The translations under genes were made by a program, and so were the position numbers. Shown here piece after piece: positions 1 to 8,379 of a DNA stretch of 64,000 nt. The notes under the pieces were generated by a model. That model was not told the origin of the DNA. It did no database searches and saw nothing but the letters and a program-made list of their open reading frames with translations. Every line of letters begins with the position of its first letter. Positions within the stretch are counted from its first letter, which is position 1. Origin of the DNA: a bacterium (GTDB lineage: Bacteria > UBA8248 > JACPRG01 > G963555815); contig OZ244653.1 of the NCBI GenBank assembly GCA_965218795.1, positions 2,944,001-3,008,000 on the forward strand. Reading direction: 5' to 3'.

Positions 1-220
1 GCTCGCGGGTGTGGATTATCTACTCAACGACCGGGTCACCCTGGGACTCAAGCTCCGATGGGCCAAATTTGGCGAATTCAAGGACGACGGGACCCCCTGG
101 GACCGCCTTCGCAGCCATGATTCGCTCACCGGGCCCGGCGGCGATCCGATTGTCTACAGTGTAGAGACGGACGATATCCAGTTCTGGGGGTTGAGCCTTG
201 CCTTGAAATACCGGTTTTGA
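1..220 (+). CDS. 3' end of an outer-membrane beta-barrel protein (partial, runs off window)
   Basis: Alternating hydrophobic beta-strands ending ...WGLSLALKYRF, a typical OMP C-terminal Phe signature. Confidence 0.65.
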   Translation, partial: LAGVDYLLNDRVTLGLKLRWAKFGEFKDDGTPWDRLRSHDSLTGPGGDPIVYSVETDDIQFWGLSLALKYRF

Positions 221-884
221 ACGATGACCATCTCCCGTTGGTTGTGGCGGGAGTTTTGTGGCCACCGGCAAGGAACTCGGCCAACGCATTTTCGGCGATT
301 TCTGCAATAATTGTCCGTCCTGATGCACCATAAGCGTGGTTGGCTGCGGTCTTGTTCAGCCTGACCTGCTCCTTGGGATGAAACTCGCCCGTAACGCCTG
401 GAAAATCCCCCGGGAAAAAGGCCCTGAATCGCCCGGAAAAAAAGCGTTTCCGGGGCCTTTTTCGGCCGTTGCAAGGCCGTAATCTACAGATAATTTTTTT
501 CGGTTGTTTCGGGGTTCGAGCGGTCGTCCAGGTGTTCTCCAGGGTGCGCTGTCTGACCCTCAGCGGGGCGCTGTCCGCCCATCCAGGCATAAAAAGCTGC
601 TTCTCACCCCTTCGGTCGTTAAATTGTCCCGAAAAAGGCGCTTGTTACGCGATTTTTAGGCGTTTGACGCAAGAAAGCGGCGGTCGGATTTGCGACCACC
701 GAGGCGCATTTGAGACGCATCTTTGCGACGCGCCGCCACGGCCCCCACAGCCACTCCCGTTCCGGTATGTTCCGCCAAGTTCCGCATAGGTTCGTTAAAA
801 CGGCCCCTACAGATATGACCTGCCCCCTTCCAACGAGTCCAGTTTATAAATGAGTAAACCTGGATTTTCGGAAGGAGGGGAAGG

Positions 885-1163
885 ATGGCCAGGAAGCGGT
901 TTACAGCGGAACAGATCGTCATCAAGCTGCGAGAGGCGGAGGTGTCCCAGGCCCAGGGGAAGACGGTGGTCCAGGTGTGCAAGCAGCTCGGGGTGACTGA
1001 GCAGACCTACTACCGGTGGAGGAAGGAGTATGGGGGTCTGAGGATGGACCAGGCCAAGCGTCTGAAGTCGCTGGAGAAGGAGAATGCCCGTCTGAAGAAG
1101 CTGGTGGCGGATCTGTCCCTGGACAACCAGATTCTGAAGGAAGTCTCCTCGGGAAACTTCTAG
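885..1163 (+). CDS. IS3-family transposase OrfA (HTH)
   Basis: MARKRFTAEQIVIKLREAEV...YYRWRKEYGG...LEKENARLKKLVADL; GGAGG RBS; ends in slippery G_GGA_AAC. Confidence 0.93.
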   Translation: MARKRFTAEQIVIKLREAEVSQAQGKTVVQVCKQLGVTEQTYYRWRKEYGGLRMDQAKRLKSLEKENARLKKLVADLSLDNQILKEVSSGNF

Positions 1164-1184
1164 GCCCGGCAGCGGAGACGAGCC

Positions 1185-2054
1185 GTGGTATGGGTCAGAG
1201 AGCGATTCGGACCTGAGCGAGTCTCCGAGCGTCGGGCCTGCCGCTTGTTGGGACAGGCCAGGTCCACCCAACGAAGAGTCCGGCAGATTCCCAAGGAAGA
1301 GGCACAACTGGTGATCCGGATGGTGGAGTTGGCCAGTCAGTACGGCCGATACGGGTACCGGAGGATCACGGCGATGCTTCGTTGGGAGGGGTGGAAGGTG
1401 AACCCCAAGCGCGTGGAAAGGCTCTGGAGGCAGGAAGGGCTGAAGGTCCCGTCCAGACAGCCGAAACGCAGGAGACTGTGGCTCCATGACGGCTCCTGCG
1501 TGCGCCTGAGACCGACTCATCGGAACCATGTCTGGAGCTATGACTTCATGCATGAGCGTACCCAGGAGGGGAGAGCTTTCCGGCTGCTGACCATTTTGGA
1601 TGAGTACAGCCGGGAATGTTTATCCATTGATGTCCAAAGGCAGATGAATCACCAGGATGTGCTGGAGCGGTTGGCAGAGCTGTTCGTGGGCCGGGGCGTC
1701 CCTGAATACCTCCGGTCAGATAACGGTTCGGAGTTCACGGCTCGGGTGGTCAGGCACTGGCTCAAGGCGGTTGGCGTGAGGACGTTGTACATCGAGCCAG
1801 GGAGTCCCTGGGAGAACGGATATGTGGAGAGTTTCAACGGGAAGCTGAGGGATGAGCTCCTGAATATGGAGGTGTTTGAGACGCTGAAGGAAGCCCAGGT
1901 GCTGGTGGAGAGGTGGAGGTGGGAGTACAACCAGCGACGGCCTCACAGCGCCTTGGCCTACCGGCCGCCTGCGCCAGAGGCCAGATTCCCAAGATCCCAA
2001 GCCTTGGCGCCGGTCCCCCGGAGTGGACTTCAAATGGTCCCGTGTCTAACGTAG
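1185..2054 (+). CDS. IS3-family transposase OrfB (DDE/rve)
   Basis: [42 protein letters not shown] motifs. Confidence 0.93.
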   Translation: MVWVRERFGPERVSERRACRLLGQARSTQRRVRQIPKEEAQLVIRMVELASQYGRYGYRRITAMLRWEGWKVNPKRVERLWRQEGLKVPSRQPKRRRLWLHDGSCVRLRPTHRNHVWSYDFMHERTQEGRAFRLLTILDEYSRECLSIDVQRQMNHQDVLERLAELFVGRGVPEYLRSDNGSEFTARVVRHWLKAVGVRTLYIEPGSPWENGYVESFNGKLRDELLNMEVFETLKEAQVLVERWRWEYNQRRPHSALAYRPPAPEARFPRSQALAPVPRSGLQMVPCLT

Positions 2055-2263
2055 CAGGTGGTCTCGTTCGTGGGGGCACGTCAGTCAAAGAGGACGATTG
2101 AACCGCTCAAGGAAACCTTCGGTGAGGCGGTCAAGAAGGTAATCCGCAGCAAGAATCCAAAAGAAGAGCAGACCCTCCAGAAAGAACAGGGTGTTGCCGA
2201 ATCGTCGAACATTTACCGGCCGAAACGGTCTAAACCTTCAAGTAAATAGGGAGTAAGGAACTA

Positions 2264-2473
2264 ATGTCGAATAATATTCCTGAAATCAACACGGAATATG
2301 ATTTTTCCCCTGCCACCAAGTTCGATGTAGACATGATGATTACCGAGCGCATTTTACAATTCCATGATGCACTTATTAGCCGTGGTCAAATCAAACCTAT
2401 TGCATCTGAATCCGCGGAATGGGCGAATCATCCCAAGGCAGCTGAGAAGGCAGTTAATGAGGTATCTGTCTAG
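2264..2473 (+). CDS. small hypothetical passenger protein (69 aa)
   Basis: ATG preceded by GGGAGTAAGGA RBS; low GC like neighbouring cargo. Confidence 0.55.
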   Translation: MSNNIPEINTEYDFSPATKFDVDMMITERILQFHDALISRGQIKPIASESAEWANHPKAAEKAVNEVSV

Positions 2474-2733
2474 TCCTTTCCGTTACATCCTGTTGGCCAC
2501 CTGCAGTTAGGATGACCATCGATAAGATCGCGCTCCTCGTTTTTTCGAGCGGTCACGTTTCTGTTCAAGTGAACATGATAATGAGTTGCTTCTTTTCTAT
2601 TCACGCATCCTTCACTATTGGCCGCGTCATAGCGTTCCCTTAAATCTCCTTGTCCGATATATATCGGATGCCAAGTATTGCCTACAATTTTGGCAAAAAT
2701 ATAGTTTCCTTCAGATGTTGGCTTGAGAGAAGT
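2470..2733 (-). pseudogene. GIY-YIG-like nuclease remnant lacking its N-terminus/start
   Basis: Open frame absent from the ORF track reads ...GNYIFAKIVGNTWHPIYIGQGDLRER...ATHYHVHLN...RKNEERDLI...*; in-frame TAG at 2736-2734 upstream. Confidence 0.6.
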
Positions 2734-2811
2734 CTAGCTCAGAATGGAGGGCGGGTCAATTCTCATTCAGCGCTAGTAGTCGTAGCGGAGGAAATTGACA
2801 AGGCTCTGGTG

Positions 2812-3198
2812 TCAGGCAGACGGTTCCACAACCCAAACAGATTCTTTTGCTAACTTTTTTTTGACACTTTGCGTTTTGTCCCCCTCAACTTCGGAATGGG
2901 AGTAGCAATCTTCAAGGGGTCTATGTACAGCTTTAAGCTTGAGATCTTTGAGTAATTTTACCGATATTGAAGCCAAAAAAAATCCGTCATGCCCCTTCAG
3001 GGCATACTCAGGCCCTGGACAAATCCTCTCAAGACAAGCGGACATGGGAGTACCATCTCTGTTGTCTTGGTATGCCTGAGATGAAGGGCGCTTTCCTCCC
3101 GTGTTTTCATCAGGAACGCACCATTGTGGAGGGACGCGACGCCAGAGGATGTCATCATCATAGATCAAACAGATTTTAAGGTCTTTGGATGCCGTCAT
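2812..3198 (-). CDS. hypothetical protein, putative ADP-ribosyltransferase-like toxin fold
   Basis: 128 aa; LWRRV...RPSSQAY...MSA...HSEV pattern resembles R-S-E ART active-site strands (by eye). Confidence 0.5.
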   Translation of the reverse strand: MTASKDLKICLIYDDDILWRRVPPQWCVPDENTGGKRPSSQAYQDNRDGTPMSACLERICPGPEYALKGHDGFFLASISVKLLKDLKLKAVHRPLEDCYSHSEVEGDKTQSVKKKLAKESVWVVEPSA

Positions 3199-3223
3199 TC
3201 GCCGTCAATTTGGAGGGTATGGG

Positions 3224-3856
3224 CTACGAGTCTACACACTTAACGACCAAGCCCTGAAGTAGCTCTATGTGGTTCGCTGGATCGTCTTCTCTTTCGAATG
3301 GCTCTTCCCCTTTTCCTTCGTAGGAAAACGCCCCCCCAGAATCAGGATAGATTTCAATCTCTAGGTCCACCCCATTTCTGTGCCATTCCAGTTGAACACC
3401 TCCCCTGGCGGTTGGGACTACCGAAGGAGATGGGAGAGAGAAAGAAGGGTTGACTATACCAGAGAGGATATCGAAAGCTCTCAGTATGGATTTCTCGTTA
3501 ATTGGCGGTGCGTCATACGAATCCCAGTTTTGCTGCAAATTCATCAAGAGAACCAATTTTGAACAGATGGGGGCATACCAGTTGAAAGATAACTCGTCCT
3601 TCTCTCTCAGAAGAAATGTTCCCCTTTTGCAAACGAATTCTCTCTGGTATGTTGGTGGTTCTCTGGACAGAAGAAAATCGTCTTGCGACTGAGGGTTGGT
3701 AACACTGTCTACGGTAAGGTCACGCTCACTCAGAGCCCTTTCCGTGGCATAGATATCTTCATACGGTGCATCCACCGTCCAGGCTGTCACTGGAAGCGCT
3801 CCCAAATTTTGTGCATATTCTCTTCCGTTATTGATGCAAAGCCTCTCACAATCCAC
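3224..3856 (-). CDS. hypothetical protein with NWDSYDAPP...PSVVPTARGGVQLEW domain (true start may be downstream of 3856)
   Basis: Conserved-looking C-terminal domain of a type I associate with TIGR04255 operons; overlaps the upstream gene. Confidence 0.65.
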   Translation of the reverse strand: MDCERLCINNGREYAQNLGALPVTAWTVDAPYEDIYATERALSERDLTVDSVTNPQSQDDFLLSREPPTYQREFVCKRGTFLLREKDELSFNWYAPICSKLVLLMNLQQNWDSYDAPPINEKSILRAFDILSGIVNPSFSLPSPSVVPTARGGVQLEWHRNGVDLEIEIYPDSGGAFSYEGKGEEPFEREDDPANHIELLQGLVVKCVDS

Positions 3857-4617
3857 TCCCTCCCTTCATTGAAAAAAGGAATGACACCATCGCCCTCACC
3901 ATCCAGGGGCTTCCCTCTCGCAATAAGGGTCATGGCAATCAGGGGCTTATTGTCCGTTTTTTGAAATCCCGGCCGGACAATGATATTCAGCCGCCCCAAG
4001 GGCTTGTCTCCCTCCCTCGGGATCTGGTAGCGAACGGCAAATGTCACATCTTCTGGCTGCGGAAGGAATGAATCGCTATATCTCGCGTCCCAAACTGTGA
4101 AAAGCTTTTCTAGCTCTCCATGATGCTTCCACCCCTCCCCCTGGAAGATGTGATTCACATATGTGATTTCACATTGGTTGGGGACAAATTCACCAAGTCC
4201 CTCATCTGAAAGGAACTTTTTGTAAATGTCGAAGTCTTTCTTGAAGGACTCACTGATGATTTCGTAGTGGGGGTACGGCTCGTCCCCTTGAATTTTTCGC
4301 CAATTTCGAATGAAACGATCTTGTTGAACCTGTATAAGCTCCGTCTTTTCTTCATTTAAAAGCCAGAGCCTAGGAACCGGCGGTTCATTGAAAACATTAA
4401 ATTCCAGCGTTGGAGATATTTGTTCCCCGAACTTCTCCGTTGCAGGATTCATGGGAGGATGCTCTTCAAAATTCGGGAAATCTTTTTTGAAAATTTCCCG
4501 GATGGAACCGAGATGAACCAAACGCAGGGATTGCAAGGGGTCACACTGTACGGAGAGAGCGACTTCCGTTACGGGAGGATTATGGAAATCTGGCAAGCGC
4601 TGGTTTTCTTCGTTCAT
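3787..4617 (-). CDS. TIGR04255-family protein
   Basis: PPVTEVALSVQ, LIQVQQDRFIRNWRK, YPHYE, CEITYVNHI motifs; 276 aa. Confidence 0.8.
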   Translation of the reverse strand: MNEENQRLPDFHNPPVTEVALSVQCDPLQSLRLVHLGSIREIFKKDFPNFEEHPPMNPATEKFGEQISPTLEFNVFNEPPVPRLWLLNEEKTELIQVQQDRFIRNWRKIQGDEPYPHYEIISESFKKDFDIYKKFLSDEGLGEFVPNQCEITYVNHIFQGEGWKHHGELEKLFTVWDARYSDSFLPQPEDVTFAVRYQIPREGDKPLGRLNIIVRPGFQKTDNKPLIAMTLIARGKPLDGEGDGVIPFFNEGREWIVRGFASITEENMHKIWERFQ

Positions 4618-4683
4618 CCTTAAGGAATGCCCTGCAGGGCTTTATTTCTTGACAACCGATTTCCGGCGTTGTACAAAAAGAGT

Positions 4684-4748
4684 GACAGTTGCCCAGTTTA
4701 CTGCACCCACCCAAGAAGCCACTGGCGACCCACCAGTGGCTTTGTTGT
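4684..4748 (+). ncRNA. putative small RNA antisense to the TIGR04255 operon leader
   Basis: TTGACA(4649)-17-TACAAA promoter followed by hairpin AAGCCACTGG/CCAGTGGCTT plus T-rich tail. Confidence 0.35.
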
Positions 4749-4958
4749 TACTTCTTTATCCCAATTCCATTGACATGTCAAAGGTATTCTGAACGGCATT
4801 TTTTAGATCTTTCCACCACTCTGGATCATCCATGACTTTCTCCCCTTGCGTTGGTACAATTAAGTATGTAATTCCCTTTCAAATGCAAGGACAACGACTC
4901 CGTCAAAATGCAAGGCGCGAAGTTGATTCTTTCTGAAGTTGAACGATTGAATGTGGAC

Positions 4959-5793
4959 TGACGTGCCCCCACGAACGAGACCACCTGCTACGTTAGACAC
5001 GGGACCATTTGAAGTCCACTCCGGGGGACCGGCGCCAAGGCTTGGGATCTTGGGAATCTGGCCTCTGGCGCAGGCGGCCGGTAGGCCAAGGCGCTGTGAG
5101 GCCGTCGCTGGTTGTACTCCCACCTCCACCTCTCCACCAGCACCTGGGCTTCCTTCAGCGTCTCAAACACCTCCATATTCAGGAGCTCATCCCTCAGCTT
5201 CCCGTTGAAACTCTCCACATATCCGTTCTCCCAGGGACTCCCTGGCTCGATGTACAACGTCCTCACGCCAACCGCCTTGAGCCAGTCCCTGACCACCCGA
5301 GCCGTGAACTCCGAACCGTTATCTGACCGGAGGTATTCAGGGACGCCCCGGCCACAAACAGCTCTGCCAACCGCTCCAGCACATCCTGGTGATTCATCTG
5401 CCTTGGGGGCATCAATGGATAAACATTCAAAGGCTGTACTCATCCAAAATGGTCAGCAGCCGGAAAGCTCTCCCCTCCTGGGTACGCTCATGCATGAAGT
5501 CATAGCTCCAGACATGGTTCCGATGAGTCGGTCTCAGGCGCACGCAGGAGCCGTCATGGAGCCACAGTCTCCTGCGTTTCGGCTGTCTGGACGGGACCTT
5601 CAGCCCTTCCTGCCTCCAGAGCCTTTCCACGCGCTTGGGGTTCACCTTCCACCCCTCCCAACGAAGCATCGCCGTGATCCTCCGGTACCCGTATCGGCCG
5701 TACTGACTGGCCAACTCCACCATCCGGATCACCAGTTGTGCCTCTTCCTTGGGAATCTGCCGGACTCTTCGTTGGGTGGACCTGGCCTGTCCC
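4959..5793 (-). mobile_element. second, inverted and 5'-truncated copy of the IS3/IS407 element; orfB frameshifted
   Basis: Near-identical reverse complement of about 1250-2083; IRR at 4959; identity stops at 5793; indels near 5350-5435. Confidence 0.92.
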
Positions 5794-6070
5794 TGAGTTC
5801 CAAATCGTGGCCATCAGGTACATGTCGGATGGCGATATCGCGATGCCGACGGATCCGGGAAAGTGGTTTGTTCAACAGGCTTGCATCTTCGACTTGCTCC
5901 GCAGCCAAACAATTGAGCAGAAGCGGGAACAGCTACGTTGAAGCCATCGATTCAATAAGTAGGAACGAAGGGAAATCAACACTTGAGACGATAAATCTCT
6001 CCGAGAGTCGTGCAATGGGGTCGGCGTATTTTATCCGGGGGTCTGAAGTAATGTACGAGAACTACAAGCT

Positions 6071-6511
6071 GTGCGATCGTCTAACAGCCTCCAAACTGTG
6101 TCTCGTAGTCGAGCAGACTATGCGATGTTGGAGAAGAACACGGGGAACAGGGCGGGGGTTCCATTTCTCCGGGAAGAAATCATGTGCGGCCGGCCCGACG
6201 ATGAGCACATCTCCACCAGCTACGTCGAGCGGCAAAACCTCAGCATGAGAACAAGGGTGAAGCGCCTGGCGCGAAGGACGAACGCTTATTCCAAGAGAAT
6301 CGAGAACCACACCCACGCATTGAGCCTGTACTTCCTCCATTACAACTTCTGCCACGTCCTCAAAGGCCAGTCCGAAACGCCGGCGATGAAGGCCGGCATC
6401 GCTTCCGAGCGCCGTGACATCGACTGGATTCTTGGGCTCATCGAGGCCAGGGAACCAAAGCCAGGCCGGCGCGGGAAGTACAAGAAGCGGGAGAGGGCTT
6501 CTCTAATCTGA
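6071..6511 (+). pseudogene. IS1-family transposase C-terminal remnant
   Basis: DYAML...HISTSYVERQNLSMR...RLARRTNAYSK...HYNFC...TPAMKAGI motifs; N-terminus missing. Confidence 0.8.
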
Positions 6512-6766
6512 ATCCCATAATGGTCTTTGGTTCAGTTCCTTGAAGCTTAAGTCTCTCTCAAGGCACAAAACTTTCCGCTCCAGCTTCACGCATTTCTCTT
6601 TGTATCGATCGGCTTCAGCCGTTGCCATATTGTAATGATCGTAAATATCTGGTTCGTGATATTGGAGTGGCTCGGGTTCGTCGTATTCGACGGGTGGGTC
6701 TAAATAGTCTAGGGAGGGATCGTCAATGCTGTTTAGGAAATCGTCAGGTTCGATGTCGATGTTCAT
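6503..6766 (-). CDS. small acidic hypothetical protein with C-terminal coiled coil
   Basis: ATG at 6766 with GGGAGA RBS; MNIDIEPDDF...CVKLERKVLCLERDL. Confidence 0.55.
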   Translation of the reverse strand: MNIDIEPDDFLNSIDDPSLDYLDPPVEYDEPEPLQYHEPDIYDHYNMATAEADRYKEKCVKLERKVLCLERDLSFKELNQRPLWDSD

Positions 6767-6832
6767 TGGGCATTCTCCCAGATATATGGGAGACCCCTTG
6801 ACTCGGCTCCGCCAGTACCCTATCTTTACATA

Positions 6833-6914
6833 CAACAACTCCGGAGCTTTTCCCGCAGGGGACTCCCATGGTCATGCGGGGCATCCAGGCCGGCTTCCTA
6901 CAGCCGGCCTTTTT
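6833..6914 (+). ncRNA. putative small antisense RNA
   Basis: TTGACT(6798)-17-TATCTT promoter; internal hairpin CCCGCA/TGCGGG; terminator AGGCCGGCT-loop-AGCCGGCCT-TTTT. Confidence 0.5.
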
Positions 6915-7034
6915 GCGTCAATGGATGGATATAGTGTGATTTTTTTCAGATGTCAAGAAAGGCGAAATAACCCGCGCGGGCCGTACAGGGAGCGGGTTGA
7001 CAGGGGGGCCTGAAGGTCCTATATCCTGAGACGT

Positions 7035-7101
7035 GAAAAAGCCGCTGGTTCTGTGCCGGAGCCAGCGGCCATTCGAGACCTACATTGATCACCATCCCCA
7101 C
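7035..7101 (-). ncRNA. putative small antisense RNA
   Basis: Minus-strand TTGACT(7136)-17-TACATT promoter; terminator GCCGCTGG/CCAGCGGC followed by TTTTT. Confidence 0.5.
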
Positions 7102-7187
7102 CCCTCCAATGTAGGTCTCTCCAATCCAAAAGTCAAGGACACTCCCACAGGATAAGTGAGCCTTGGCTCGGACAGGAGAGCCTTACC

Positions 7188-7370
7188 ATGAAAACAGAAG
7201 CTCAAGCAACACGCGAATACCTTGAGGATCGTCTGCTCCAGGACGCCATATCGGAGGGCCTGGTACGGAGGCCGATGGGGTTCATCGACCCGCCCCAGCT
7301 GAAGGAGTGCCTCTATGAGCAGTTTGTCTCGGAGGACCCGCTGGCCGGTGCGATCATTGAAGAGGAGTAG
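7188..7370 (+). CDS. small hypothetical protein (60 aa)
   Basis: AGGAGAG RBS, ATG; followed 5 nt later by the next ORF. Confidence 0.5.
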   Translation: MKTEAQATREYLEDRLLQDAISEGLVRRPMGFIDPPQLKECLYEQFVSEDPLAGAIIEEE

Positions 7371-7375
7371 GAATA

Positions 7376-7699
7376 ATGATGATGCAAGATCACCAGTTGG
7401 ATTCCATGTCAAAAGATGAGTTCGTAAAAGAGGTCTTGAAGGGGGGGCAATCCATATCTGTCAAGGACTTCGAAATTTTTGAGAAAGAAGGTGGGGAGTT
7501 TGCCTTGGTGCTGATGTCTGGAAATAACACCGTCGATTTGTGCTCCGAAAGCCCTGCGGGGGGACGCTATTACAGACTGGATTCCACAAAAGCCAAGGAA
7601 TTGACGACAGAATTACACAAAAAAACCAGGGGAAAAATCCCTTACGAGGATGAGCCTTTGCCGAGTGTGGATGTCATCGAACAGGAAATGAATCGCTAA
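7376..7699 (+). CDS. hypothetical protein (107 aa)
   Basis: GAGGAG RBS, globular-looking sequence, low GC. Confidence 0.55.
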   Translation: MMMQDHQLDSMSKDEFVKEVLKGGQSISVKDFEIFEKEGGEFALVLMSGNNTVDLCSESPAGGRYYRLDSTKAKELTTELHKKTRGKIPYEDEPLPSVDVIEQEMNR

Positions 7700-7854
7700 A
7701 TTCAGGCCGCATTTCAAACTGAGACACTACCGAAAGCCGGTGGACGTAAAGTCTTCTCCCTATCCGGTAGATAGGGTACCCCCGGCTCGCTGCTCCGGGA
7801 AGCACCGGGGAGATCCCGCCAGCCGCACGATGGCGCGAATCGTGCCGCACGCAG

Positions 7855-8340
7855 CTCCTCGCGCGCTTCGCACGATTCGAACGCCCACGGCTTCGCCACG
7901 CGTAGTACCCGCTGGGAGAGACACCCGGCCGACGGTACATCGTGGCTACCCGATGACGGGCCTGATTCGCCCTCACGAGCTCGAACACTTCGCCCGTACC
8001 GAGCCGGTCTCCCGAGCGAACCAGGCCGTAGCTTTTTTAGGATCTCCCGTTCCTCGCGAAGCTGACGGTTCTCCCGACGAAGCCGCCGTAGCTCCTCACG
8101 CTCGGCCGTCGTCAGACCGTCCTCACGACGGACCTCATCCCGATCGGCTTGACGCACCCAGTTGCGAATCGCCGAAGCGGAGCACTCGAACTCGCGGGCC
8201 AGTTCCCCGGGCGTGCGGCCCGAGCGGACCAGTTCGACCATCTGGCGCCGCTACTCCGGCGCGTAAGGAGAATGAGTCTTTGCCATCTGAACACCTCCTG
8301 CGAACAGGCTGAAGGTGTCCACCGAAACGGGGCAAATCCA
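7855..8340 (-). mobile_element. IS3-family remnant (IRL, orfA with internal stop, start of orfB)
   Basis: IRL TGGATTTGCCCCGTTTCGGTGGACACC from 8340; ELVRSGRTPGELAREFE...EELRRLRRENRQLREEREILKK; VSPSGYYAW; left limit approximate. Confidence 0.85.
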
Positions 8341-8379
8341 GCGACAATCCGCTTTCTCCCCGGAGCTGATCGTCGTCTG

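Larger units (their letters stand above)
816..2083 (+). mobile_element. IS3-family (IS407-like) insertion sequence, full length, 1268 bp
   Basis: Terminal IRs TGACCTGCCCCC at 816 and GGGGGCACGTCA ending 2083 enclose orfA and orfB; no flanking target duplication seen. Confidence 0.92.

Noticed and set aside
221-815. Overlapping ORFs and A/T-tract-rich sequence, possibly an IS end
   Set aside because: No convincing protein or assignable inverted repeat.
4756-4833. 25-aa minus-strand ORF MDDPEWWKDL... with GGGGAG RBS
   Set aside because: Too short to support; may be a truncated passenger gene and overlaps promoter-like motifs.
5112-6248. 378-aa plus-strand ORF
   Set aside because: Chimera of IS antisense sequence and off-frame IS1 remnant.
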